Shown here: positions 45,745 to 54,567 of the stretch, piece after piece
Layout of the letters: each line of letters begins with the position of its first letter
Position numbering within the stretch: the first letter of the stretch is position 1
Assembly (NCBI GenBank): GCA_040905385.1
Contig: JBBDRP010000002.1
Span: forward strand, 395,526 to 459,525
DNA length: 64,000 nt
Direction: 5' to 3'
From: Minisyncoccota bacterium
GTDB lineage: Bacteria; Patescibacteriota; Minisyncoccia; Phycocordibacterales; SW-6-46-9
Position numbers and translations under genes: made by a program
The notes under the pieces: generated by a model
What the model saw: the letters and a program-made list of their open reading frames with translations, nothing else
Told to the model about the DNA's origin: nothing
Databases searched by the model: none

Positions 45745-46701
45745 ATGAAAAAAAGCTCAACACCAATAATAAAGCATCTCCATGACTTTCTCGACTGGAT
45801 CGATGTCGAGAAAGGCTTGGCTTCGACGACGCAGGAAAATTACGCTCGCTTCCTGGAACGCTTTTTTCAGTGGTTGAGAAACAATGATCTTACAGACCTG
45901 AAACCACATGAGCTCTCTGAGGATCATGTCTGGAAGTATCGTATTTATTTGGCTCGATACGCTAAAGGAACCGGATCCGAGGGGTTAAAGCGTAGCACCC
46001 AGCAGTACTACCTAATTGGCTTGCGGAGTCTGCTGCGATACTTTACCAAACGTGACATTACTTCCCTTCCCCCGGATAAAATTACGTTACCGAAGGATGA
46101 TACTGGTGATGAGGTACGAAACCTGACCATTGATCAGTTAAAAAAGATTTTTAAAGCACCAGATGTATCTACCAAAAGCGGTCTGCGAGATCGGACAATC
46201 CTGGAGACCTTTTTCTCTACCGGTATGCGAATATCTGAGCTGGTAGCTTTAGATAAGAAGCAGATTTCAAGTTCTATAAATAAAGACGAGCTGGAGCTGA
46301 GTATTACTGGTAAAGGTAGAAAAACTCGAACCGTTTACTTTTCGCCCCGAGCTCTGAAGTGGCTCGGCCGGTACCTGCAGTCACGCAAGGATGATGAGCC
46401 TGCCTTGTTTGTTAACTACCGAGCACCAAAGGATGCGTCACGGCGTCTGACACCTCGTTCAATTCAAAAACGGGTAAAAAAATATGCCGTATCCGCCGGT
46501 CTCCCGCAGGACACGACACCGCACGTGCTTCGACACTCTTTTGCAACAGATCTGCTGCGAAAAGGTGTTGATATCCGTATTCTGCAGGAGTTTCTCGGTC
46601 ACAGTAGTATTACAGCAACCCAGATATACACTCATGTAACCGACAAGCAGCTGCGGGATATACACGGTAAATTTCATGGTGGTGATGAACTAGATGAGTA
46701 G
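45745..46701 (+). CDS. xerC: Tyrosine site-specific recombinase, XerC/XerD type
   Basis: RISELVAL (Arg I), HVLRHSFATDLL (HxxR), LGHSSITATQIYTHV (catalytic Tyr). Confidence 0.85.
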   Translation: MKKSSTPIIKHLHDFLDWIDVEKGLASTTQENYARFLERFFQWLRNNDLTDLKPHELSEDHVWKYRIYLARYAKGTGSEGLKRSTQQYYLIGLRSLLRYFTKRDITSLPPDKITLPKDDTGDEVRNLTIDQLKKIFKAPDVSTKSGLRDRTILETFFSTGMRISELVALDKKQISSSINKDELELSITGKGRKTRTVYFSPRALKWLGRYLQSRKDDEPALFVNYRAPKDASRRLTPRSIQKRVKKYAVSAGLPQDTTPHVLRHSFATDLLRKGVDIRILQEFLGHSSITATQIYTHVTDKQLRDIHGKFHGGDELDE

Positions 46702-46705
46702 ACTG

Positions 46706-46918
46706 TTATGCAACATCAAAATTTTCCCACCATGGCATGGCGATGTATAGAAAAGCAACCATAGGCACTAGAAAAATTCCGGTAAAGATTTTTACTGGTA
46801 CACTGGTGGTCTCCCAGCTGGGCTTTACCAGGTCAAGAAAGATTCCCATCGGAATGATGATAAAGCCTGATACGCCCTTAATAACGGCGCGTATGAATAT
46901 TTTGAGATTTTCTGACAT
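46706..46918 (-). CDS. Hypothetical small membrane protein
   Basis: 70 aa, two TM. Confidence 0.35.
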   Translation of the reverse strand: MSENLKIFIRAVIKGVSGFIIIPMGIFLDLVKPSWETTSVPVKIFTGIFLVPMVAFLYIAMPWWENFDVA

Positions 46919-47185
46919 ATTTATATTATATAAGGTGTAGTATAGATTGTCAAACTAATAATCCATAACGTATAACGCAAATCTTGTAGCGAAAAAAACC
47001 GCCTAATTTAGAGATATGAGCACCTTCCTTCATAAATCTATAAGACCGCGATTATAAATCGTAGTCGCTAACTCAAAGCAGCCCAGTTGTTTTTACGTGC
47101 CTTATACTAAAGTCGAATTTGGTACTTCCCTACTAAATCGTGTATACAGTAAAAGTTAAGGTAGGTTACCTTCAATGCGAATGTT

Positions 47186-47298
47186 CTCTTTTCTAGACCT
47201 CGCGCAAGGCGCTTAGCATGGTGTTCCTCGTACGCGGAACTGAGCGCCTGAGCGGATATAAGTCCTCGTCAGGGACTTATTTGTGTCTTAGAAAAGAG
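47186..47298. ncRNA. Candidate structured RNA element (multi-hairpin, bracketed by ctcttttctag / cttagaaaagag)
   Basis: Outer 11-bp inverted repeat enclosing hairpins gcgcaaggcgc, gttcctcgtacgcggaac and aagtcctcgtcagggactt; lies next to the 3' end of the - strand gene 47307..47633. Confidence 0.25.
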
Positions 47299-47306
47299 GA
47301 TATGAG

Positions 47307-47633
47307 CTATAGACCGGGACAATTCGAAGCCGGCTCATACCCGGCCGCTTCAGCTTCTTCAACACTATTAAAGTACAGACGATTTTCTGGACTAATGCGT
47401 TGCCCACCTCCACACCAGCGATAATGGTATTTATCTGAGTTTACCGACCCAACAAACAATCCGGCCGTCTCCGCATTTGAGAACGGAATCCTCTCGACTG
47501 TTACCGGGTGGGTTTTTTGCTCGCCACGAGCAATCCAACCTAATGCAAAGGAACTAAAGCCAATCAAGGCTATCAATACGGCGATGAATATATCAAATGG
47601 TATGTAACGTAGTTTTTGCTTGATGTTAGGCAT
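47307..47633 (-). CDS. Membrane-anchored protein with Ada-like metal-binding-domain remnant
   Basis: N-terminal TM; C-terminus KYHYRWCGGGQRISPENRLYFNSVEEAEAAGYEPASNC parallels Ada N-domain FCRPSCRARHALRENVSFYANASEALAAGFRPCKRC but keeps only 2 of 4 Cys. Confidence 0.4.
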   Translation of the reverse strand: MPNIKQKLRYIPFDIFIAVLIALIGFSSFALGWIARGEQKTHPVTVERIPFSNAETAGLFVGSVNSDKYHYRWCGGGQRISPENRLYFNSVEEAEAAGYEPASNCPGL

Positions 47634-47678
47634 CCTTTTATGTATACTTACGTACGTAAATAATACACTTTATTATCT

Positions 47679-47957
47679 ATGGCAACAACAAAATCCGCTG
47701 GAACAGCCTCGAACTTACGCGACTCTAACCCACAGTATCTGGGGGTTAAGCTGTCAGATGGTGCTCACGCACAGACTGGTTCAATCATCGTACGCCAACG
47801 CGGTACGAAGATCATGGCTGGTGATAATGTTGGTACTGGTAAGGATCATACGCTTTTTGCCAAGACTGATGGTACCGTGCGCTTCCGTCAGAAGAACCGC
47901 ACTCGCTTTAACGGCAAGACTGTAAAGAAGAAGTTTGTAGACGTGATCCCGGCTTAA
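47679..47957 (+). CDS. rpmA: 50S ribosomal protein L27
   Basis: GLGSTRNGRDS-like [41 protein letters not shown]. Confidence 0.9.
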   Translation: MATTKSAGTASNLRDSNPQYLGVKLSDGAHAQTGSIIVRQRGTKIMAGDNVGTGKDHTLFAKTDGTVRFRQKNRTRFNGKTVKKKFVDVIPA

Positions 47958-47985
47958 GAAAAAAAGACAGGCAGATATAAGTAAA

Positions 47986-48012
47986 AACACCCGACATTTC
48001 TCGGGGTTTTTA
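47986..48012. terminator. Bidirectional terminator between rpmA and the LOG gene
   Basis: cacccgacatttctcggggttttt. Confidence 0.5.
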
Positions 48013-48035
48013 CGTTACTGCCAGCAATTTTCTTA

Positions 48036-48755
48036 CTACTCGTTTCTCATCGAGGCACCCTTGGTAATCTCGATAACCTCATCAACATTATCGGTGATAA
48101 CAAACAAATCTGTGTCGTCTTCACTGATAGTTTTGAACGTCTGCTTCTGGACATTTTCCATAAAGTCCAGTAATGGGTTCCAGAAATCGGACCCAACCAG
48201 CACGATCGGTACACGGACAATCTTTCCTGTTTGTACTAATGTCAGAATTTCGAAAAATTCATCGAGCGTTCCAAATCCACCAGGAAAAAATAGGTAAGCT
48301 TCAGCAGAGAATGTCAGGGCCACCTTACGTGAAAAGAAGTAATGAAAGGATTCGTTCTCATTAACGTATGGATTCAACAACTGCTCGTTTGGTAGACTGA
48401 TATTTAATCCAAGAGAATGTCCCCTTCCCTCCCCTTCTGCCTGATCGGCTCCGCGGTTGGCTGCCTCCATGATCCCTGGTCCACCACCAGTAACAATGTC
48501 GATCCCGGACTCCGCTATACCTTGAGCGATTTTAACTGCTTTCTCGTAGTATGGGTTACCCTCGTCAAATCGAGCCGAGCCGAAAAAAGTTACAGAGTGA
48601 TCATGCTGACGAATAAAGTTGAGGCCACGGATAAACTCACGTCGAATAACGTGGATGCGGTGTCTAAGGTCTCTGTCTAGATCTTCCATCCGCAGTGGTT
48701 GCTTGTCAGCTTCACCACTAGATTTATTTACAATCGGTTTTTCTTCTGCAGACAT
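48036..48755 (-). CDS. LOG-family protein (TIGR00730, Rossmann-fold nucleotide-binding)
   Basis: GGGPGIMEAANRGA and PGGFGTLDEFFEILTL motifs. Confidence 0.8.
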   Translation of the reverse strand: MSAEEKPIVNKSSGEADKQPLRMEDLDRDLRHRIHVIRREFIRGLNFIRQHDHSVTFFGSARFDEGNPYYEKAVKIAQGIAESGIDIVTGGGPGIMEAANRGADQAEGEGRGHSLGLNISLPNEQLLNPYVNENESFHYFFSRKVALTFSAEAYLFFPGGFGTLDEFFEILTLVQTGKIVRVPIVLVGSDFWNPLLDFMENVQKQTFKTISEDDTDLFVITDNVDEVIEITKGASMRNE

Positions 48756-48772
48756 AATTTATTATTAATATA

Positions 48773-51049
48773 TTAACTTTCAACTGTATCCATCGCCTCA
48801 CTAAAATTAAGCGACAGGAGGCGGGAACCTCCAGCCTGGTCCATAGTAACACCATAAAGAATATCGGCTCGAGACATGGTCTCACGATTATGAGTTACTA
48901 CCACAAGCTGTGAACGATTGGATAACTTTTCTATCATGTCACCAAACCGCTGTGAGTTAGACTCATCCAAAGCAGCATCCGCCTCGTCCAACACAATAAA
49001 TGGCGGCGGATTAATCTGCGACAGGGCGAACAGGAGCGCAATTGAGACTAGGGATCGCTCACCGCCAGATAGTACCCCCAATCCGCTCACTTTCTTGTTT
49101 GGTAGTCTGACACTGATATCAATACCACGCTCGGTCTCGTTAGGATCCTCGTCGATGTCTTCAACCCGAACATTTTTTCCTTTTGGATGCTCGGTAATGG
49201 ACAGCTGAGCATCGCCGCCACCGAACATAGTCGCAAAGAAGTCACCGAAGGCGGTATTAATCCTCTTTACTCCTCGGTCAAATTTTTGAGCGACGGTTTC
49301 TTCTATGTCCGAGATAAGCTCAAGCAGTGATTCTTTTGATGTACGCAAATCAGACATTTCTCCTTGGAGGAAATCGACATGCTCGGTGACGCGCTCGTAC
49401 TCGCGCAGAATCTCTGATTTGTCACTGACTCGAGTATTCTCAAGTTTGATCTTCAGTCGCTCTAGCTGACGATTAAATTCCCGATTTGATCGTTTGGTAC
49501 TGCCTTCGATTAGTTCTTCCTGGGTAACTTCTGTTCCGGCTGCATCTACGAGCGTTGTTGACCCAGTTTCAAGGGCTGCTGAACCGCACAGAATTTGTGC
49601 CTCGGCACGTTCATTATCCAGCTGCTCAATGGCATCAATAGTATCTTTATTCTGCTCTTCTGTTCTTTCAAGCTCTGCTGATGTATTTTCCAGCTGTGAT
49701 CGGAGTTGCAGAAGCTTTTTTTCGGCTTCGTGCTGTTGCCCTCTTTTCTGCTGCTGCTCCTTGTCTATTTTTTCACGTCGGGTCTGAAGCTCTGTTTTTT
49801 TCTCTTGTAAGGTCTGCTTCTTATCTTCTATATCGAGCTTTTGCTGCTGTAAGTTTTTAATCTGGTCGGCTTCATCATTGTCATTTTTAGTGTCTTTAGC
49901 CGTATCACTCGACTGCTGGATGTCTCCTAGAAATTCGCGTACTGCTGCTTGAAATTTAGCAAAAAGATCCAAACGACCCTGCTGGTCTTCAATGTTATCT
50001 GACTTGGTGATAAGGGTATCGAAATTTTCCTTGTGACGCCTAAGTGATGAGTTATCGATTCTGATGTCTGGATCATTCACGTTCCTTCCAATCTCTTGCT
50101 GTCGCTGAAGTGCTTGCAGCTGACCATGTATCTCACCCAGCTTCTGTGTGACGTGTGAAAGTTTCTTCTCTGTATCTTCAAGATGCGATTTAATTTGTGA
50201 TATCTCATCAACTACAGACGTATCTAAAATTTCCTCTTTTGAATGTAGTATCTTTTCCTTATCAGCAATCTCGTCTTTAAGACTTGATAAATTTTCTACC
50301 AAACGTTTCTTTTTTTCTCTAAGCTGCTGACTTTGAGCGTCTAGAAGTAGAGATTCACGTTTAAAAAACTGCTGGTATTTTTTTGTTAGTTGCTGGCGAA
50401 GCTTCTTTGTCTCGTCAATGCGTTTCTTTTGTCGAGTGAGAAATGAAACTTCCGGCTGAAGATCACGCAGTCGCTCCTTTACCTGTGTCAGATTATCCTC
50501 GGTCTTTTCTAGTTTATGCAGAGCATCTCGGCGCTGCTGGTAAAAGCGTCGTAGACCAAGCGCATCCTCGATCACACCCTTTCGTTCACGTTCTGAAATA
50601 TTTAAAATCCGGTCAGCCTCACCCTGAGAGATAATGTGGTGTCGAGAGGTTCCAATGTTAGCATCTGAAAGAAGATCTGCTACATCTTTTAGCCGCACCC
50701 GACTACCGTTGATTCGATACTCACTCGCATCACCACGCTGAATAATACGTTCGATCACAACTTCCGAGTACTCGATATCAAGTTGCTTATTACTATTATC
50801 AAAGACTGCCTTCACACTAGCTCGATTGGCACGACTTCCTTCGTGACCACCGTTGTAAAGAAGCTCATCACTATGCCGGGCACGTAAAGCCTTTAGAGAC
50901 TGCTCACCCAGCACAAAGCGAAATGCCTCGGCAGTATTTGATTTTCCTGATCCATTTGGACCAACAATTACGGATATCGGGGCGTCAAAAACGAGCGTAC
51001 TATTTCTACGAAAGGATTTAAATCCGTTTATTTCTAACGATTTAAGCAT
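48773..51049 (-). CDS. smc: SMC-like chromosome segregation ATPase, short (758 aa)
   Basis: N-terminal Walker A GPNGSGKSN; long coiled coil; C-terminal LSGGERSLVSIALLFA signature and VLDEADAALD Walker B; located between rnc and LOG; scpA/scpB present at 36509-37773. Confidence 0.75.
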   Translation of the reverse strand: MLKSLEINGFKSFRRNSTLVFDAPISVIVGPNGSGKSNTAEAFRFVLGEQSLKALRARHSDELLYNGGHEGSRANRASVKAVFDNSNKQLDIEYSEVVIERIIQRGDASEYRINGSRVRLKDVADLLSDANIGTSRHHIISQGEADRILNISERERKGVIEDALGLRRFYQQRRDALHKLEKTEDNLTQVKERLRDLQPEVSFLTRQKKRIDETKKLRQQLTKKYQQFFKRESLLLDAQSQQLREKKKRLVENLSSLKDEIADKEKILHSKEEILDTSVVDEISQIKSHLEDTEKKLSHVTQKLGEIHGQLQALQRQQEIGRNVNDPDIRIDNSSLRRHKENFDTLITKSDNIEDQQGRLDLFAKFQAAVREFLGDIQQSSDTAKDTKNDNDEADQIKNLQQQKLDIEDKKQTLQEKKTELQTRREKIDKEQQQKRGQQHEAEKKLLQLRSQLENTSAELERTEEQNKDTIDAIEQLDNERAEAQILCGSAALETGSTTLVDAAGTEVTQEELIEGSTKRSNREFNRQLERLKIKLENTRVSDKSEILREYERVTEHVDFLQGEMSDLRTSKESLLELISDIEETVAQKFDRGVKRINTAFGDFFATMFGGGDAQLSITEHPKGKNVRVEDIDEDPNETERGIDISVRLPNKKVSGLGVLSGGERSLVSIALLFALSQINPPPFIVLDEADAALDESNSQRFGDMIEKLSNRSQLVVVTHNRETMSRADILYGVTMDQAGGSRLLSLNFSEAMDTVES

Positions 51050-51111
51050 TATGTATATATGGAAATACCCCTTTTACGTAGATAAATTATAGCATGTAGC
51101 TGTGAATAGAC

Positions 51112-51810
51112 TTACTCCCAGCCTTTTTCCGACAAGGCTGCTTCAGCCGCCATGCTCTCGGCCTCCTGCTTACTTTTTCCTTTACCAGTAGCAATCTGAT
51201 TCTCTTCAAGAAAAACCCCGACAGTAAAGACCTTGTCATGATCCGGTCCATACTCGTCAATAATTTCGTATGTAGGAGTGATTGATTTATGCTTCTGCGC
51301 CTCCTCCTGAAATACGCTTTTAGCATCACGCCAGCTTTCATTATCAATAATATCACCAACCTCACTTAGCAGCGTCTCGCTGATAAAGTGAGCCGCCGTT
51401 TCATACCCCTGATCCAGATAAATGGCACCAATAATCGCTTCATACGTATTGGCAAGTATAAAACGCCGGCCTCGGCCAGTATCTTTAGCTTCCCCTTTTG
51501 AAAGCCATAGAAATTCTTCTGCACCGATTTTTTTTGCCGCTGCTGATATTGAGAGTGTATTGACCAAAGCTGCACGAATTGCGGTTAACTCCCCTTCAGG
51601 ACGATCTGGATACGCAGAAAACAGGTGGTCAGTTACCACCAGCTCCAGCACCGCATCACCAAGAAACTCAAGCCGTTCATTGTGTTTAATAGATTTATCC
51701 GGATGCTCGTTTATGTACGAACGATGGGTAAAGGCTCGCTGCAGTAGACTCTTATCATCAAAATGAATATCAAGTCGGTCTTCAAATTTTTCAAGATTAT
51801 TTCCATTCAT
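51112..51810 (-). CDS. rnc: Ribonuclease III
   Basis: ERLEFLGDAVLELVVTDHLF signature plus C-terminal dsRBD. Confidence 0.9.
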   Translation of the reverse strand: MNGNNLEKFEDRLDIHFDDKSLLQRAFTHRSYINEHPDKSIKHNERLEFLGDAVLELVVTDHLFSAYPDRPEGELTAIRAALVNTLSISAAAKKIGAEEFLWLSKGEAKDTGRGRRFILANTYEAIIGAIYLDQGYETAAHFISETLLSEVGDIIDNESWRDAKSVFQEEAQKHKSITPTYEIIDEYGPDHDKVFTVGVFLEENQIATGKGKSKQEAESMAAEAALSEKGWE

Positions 51811-51816
51811 ATAAAT

Positions 51817-52734
51817 TTAGTCGTCTATTTCGAGGTCAAGGTCAAGTAAGTACTCAACAGCGTCAGTTACGATCGGCATAATATCGTCGTAAAAATTAAG
51901 ATCCACAATCTCTGTAAGCGGAAACCACTTAGCATCGTCAAGACCACCTTTATCCTTAGGAAGCTGTAGCTTTCCGTAGTCTGCCGAGGCCAGATAGTAG
52001 GTCACCTGTTTGCGGATCTTGCCTTTGTCCGGATCAGCGGCAACGTACTCATTTTCACCTAGTTTATTTTCCAGCGTTATTTCTAAACCAATTTCTTCCT
52101 CAACCTTGCGCTGAATCTCCTCTCTTGTGTCTTCACTATCAAGGTGTCCTTTTGACAGCGTCCAGTGTCCAAAAACGTCATGCACAAGCGCAAGTTCGAT
52201 GTTACCGTTGTTTTCAGCGTAGACCACTGCCCCACCCAGCCGCTCGATTGGCATTTCTTCGTACGGAATATCCTTGATATTACTGGCCGAGCTTTGATCC
52301 TTTTCTGGCTCCCCGATTTCCTTGTAAACAGCCCCGATTACGCCGTTCACAAAGGAACCACTAGCATCACCTCCGTACCCCTTCGCCAGCTCAATTGCCT
52401 CATTAATAGCAACTTTTGGTGGAACATCTTCACGGTCTGCATACAGTAGTTCAAACAGGCCAATACGCAGAATATTACGATCAACCGTCGTAATTTTTTC
52501 CAGTGGCCAGTGTGGTGCCGCTGATGAAATAACTTCATTAAGATCTTCGAGATGCTCAACAACACCATTGAGAAGTTCGTATATATATGAGTAGTCCTCA
52601 AGACCAGGTGCAAACTCGTAAGCATTGCGCTCTAGTGCGGATAATAGCTCGGGCTGCGTATATGACTGGCCGCGAAAATCCCACTCGAAGAGCGTTTGCA
52701 TTACTACTGAGCGTGAGACATGTCGATTTGCCAT
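51817..52734 (-). CDS. nusB: NusB antitermination factor fused to a C-terminal Nudix hydrolase domain
   Basis: Residues about 1-140: LRIGLFELLYADREDVPPKVAINEAIELAKGYGGDASGSFVNGVIG (NusB). Residues about 170-300: GHLDSEDTREEIQRKVEEEIGL, a near-canonical Nudix box (GX4EX7RKUXEEXGU). Confidence 0.7.
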   Translation of the reverse strand: MANRHVSRSVVMQTLFEWDFRGQSYTQPELLSALERNAYEFAPGLEDYSYIYELLNGVVEHLEDLNEVISSAAPHWPLEKITTVDRNILRIGLFELLYADREDVPPKVAINEAIELAKGYGGDASGSFVNGVIGAVYKEIGEPEKDQSSASNIKDIPYEEMPIERLGGAVVYAENNGNIELALVHDVFGHWTLSKGHLDSEDTREEIQRKVEEEIGLEITLENKLGENEYVAADPDKGKIRKQVTYYLASADYGKLQLPKDKGGLDDAKWFPLTEIVDLNFYDDIMPIVTDAVEYLLDLDLEIDD

Positions 52735-52768
52735 TTGTTAATGAAATAAAATTAAACAGACAACCTTA

Positions 52769-53062
52769 CTAGTTGTTGCCTGCCTTGAGTTCTTGGTTTG
52801 TTTCTACTGAATCAGCGTTGATAGTCTCTGGATCATCACCACGGCTGCGGGCCTTTTCTCGGGCTCGCTCAAGTTGCTTCTGGCGCTTGGAGCGAACATC
52901 AATCACCTCACGGCCGCGATACGTACCGGTCTGGAGACTGGCTCGGTGACGCAGGTGATACACACCATCCTCCTTTGACAAGCGTTGCTCATCAAGCGAA
53001 TGATGCGAACGACGGTTACCCGTCTGCCCTTTGGTTTTTCTCATACGAGAAGACATGTGCAT
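52769..53062 (-). CDS. rpmF: 50S ribosomal protein L32 (Cys-less form) with C-terminal basic extension
   Basis: RMRKTKGQTGNRRSHHSL..HLRHRASLQTGTYRGREVI parallels E. coli L32 RSKRGMRRSHDALT..HLRHHITADGYYRGRKVI. Confidence 0.7.
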   Translation of the reverse strand: MHMSSRMRKTKGQTGNRRSHHSLDEQRLSKEDGVYHLRHRASLQTGTYRGREVIDVRSKRQKQLERAREKARSRGDDPETINADSVETNQELKAGNN

Positions 53063-53159
53063 ACGAGTATACGAAACTTTGCCCTAAATAGCAAGTAGTT
53101 TTACACATTTTGATAAGAAAAAAGACCAAGCTGATTTGCTTGGTCTTTTCGACAGTTGA

Positions 53160-53783
53160 TTAAACAGCCGTCGCTGAAACTTTGTTTTTCGAAATGATAT
53201 CATCTGTCATTAGACTAACTACACGCTGCGTTAAGGCAGTATCCAGATGTTGGATTACATCGATGGTTTTCATACCAAATCCGGAAGTTAATTCATCAAC
53301 TGATTCAATGAATATCTGTGAAAGTCTTTCGTTGGTGGGATTATTTTCCTTCCAACTGAATTTCTTTGACTCAGTACATCTATTTATCTCAGACTTGATT
53401 CGACTCAAATGAAAGTGAATTTGTTTGATTTGTATCTCAGTGCAATTTTCTGGCAGATAACTACGTCGCTTCTGTAGAGAACCAAGTTGCTTGATTGCAC
53501 TCGAAGAAAAAACATTTTCTGGATAAATTAAAACTTGCTTACCCTCTCCATTTAATCCACTTCTATACTTATCTGATTGAATCACCAGAAGATCTGAAGG
53601 TAGTAATCTGACCTCGAAGTCGATTATTTCAGGCATGCGAAATTTCTTGTGACACAAATATTGGTTTATCAGCCCAGCACCGCAAATATAACTTATAAGA
53701 TGGTAATTGTTTATTTCAAACATCCGTGCAGAGATAATAATATCTGCTGCGGTGGGGTTATACTTCATACGAAGCTTGTTCAT
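53160..53783 (-). CDS. Hypothetical AT-rich protein in the conserved rpmF-upstream (yceD/DUF177) position
   Basis: 207 aa, no recognisable motif; directly upstream of rpmF on the same strand, where DUF177/YceD usually sits; markedly AT-rich; perfect 29-bp tandem duplication in its promoter region. Confidence 0.3.
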   Translation of the reverse strand: MNKLRMKYNPTAADIIISARMFEINNYHLISYICGAGLINQYLCHKKFRMPEIIDFEVRLLPSDLLVIQSDKYRSGLNGEGKQVLIYPENVFSSSAIKQLGSLQKRRSYLPENCTEIQIKQIHFHLSRIKSEINRCTESKKFSWKENNPTNERLSQIFIESVDELTSGFGMKTIDVIQHLDTALTQRVVSLMTDDIISKNKVSATAV

Positions 53784-53861
53784 ATATTTTACTCCTTTTG
53801 TTTTGTTAAATAACTAGTTCGCGAGCAATGGTAATACTAATTGAATGGTATGTCAACTAGC

Positions 53862-53919
53862 TATTTTTTATACGATATTCGTAATGTAAGTATTTTTTAT
53901 ACGATATTCGTAATGTAAG
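53862..53919. repeat. Perfect 29-bp tandem direct repeat (TATTTTTTATACGATATTCGTAATGTAAG x2)
   Basis: The second copy encodes the last 7 codons plus stop of rnhB (minus strand); the first copy is an exact duplicate in the 53160..53783 promoter region. Confidence 0.8.
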
Positions 53920-54493
53920 AACGTCGGTGGATTGGTGAAGGTCCATGTGTTTGTATCGCCTCACAATGAGCTTCTGTACCGTAACCCTTGTGCTGGGCAA
54001 GCTTAAACGTCGGATACATGACATCAAGTCGACGCATATGATTATCTCTGGACACCTTGGCAATCACGGAGGCCAGCGAAATAATCGGCTGAATACCATC
54101 ACCTCCAATGATCGTTTTCTGGTGCTTGAATTTATCTGGCGCCTGTAATCCCCCATCCAGATAAATCTTTACGTTATCAGGATTAGGTACTAACCTCTCC
54201 AGTCCGCTATCTATTGCGTTCTGGACAGCTTGCTGAATACCGTCAGAATCAATTTCCGTAGCACTAGTATGGCTAGTAGTCCATCTTATACCGGGTGATG
54301 CTTCCTCCATTTTCCTCAGTATCGTATAAACCTTCTCGCGCCTACGTTCGGTCATCTTCTTGGAGTCATCGAGATGCGGAAAAATGCCAAAATCAAAGTC
54401 TATCGGTGCAGCCACAAGACCAACATAAACCGGACCAGCCAGTGGTCCGCGGCCAGCCTCATCGATGCCAATATGAAGTGTCGGTTTTTTCAT
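53897..54493 (-). CDS. rnhB: Ribonuclease HII
   Basis: MKKPTLHIGIDEAGRGPLAGPVYVGLV; internal ATG within ORF ending at 54550. Confidence 0.85.
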   Translation of the reverse strand: MKKPTLHIGIDEAGRGPLAGPVYVGLVAAPIDFDFGIFPHLDDSKKMTERRREKVYTILRKMEEASPGIRWTTSHTSATEIDSDGIQQAVQNAIDSGLERLVPNPDNVKIYLDGGLQAPDKFKHQKTIIGGDGIQPIISLASVIAKVSRDNHMRRLDVMYPTFKLAQHKGYGTEAHCEAIQTHGPSPIHRRSYITNIV

Positions 54494-54567
54494 ACACCTT
54501 ATAGTACCGCATGAATGCCGACACAGATCTCTTGTATAATGGTCATGCAATAAGCCGCCGCAACCTT

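Noticed and set aside
45745-46701. Integron integrase (intI) with an upstream attI and cassette array
   Set aside because: The protein lacks the IntI-specific additional domain. The upstream region has no attC-like sites or promoterless cassettes; neighbouring genes are ordinary chromosomal genes.
47220-47290. Hammerhead ribozyme core (CUGACGAG on the minus strand) in the structured element
   Set aside because: No properly placed stem II or GAAA core on either strand.
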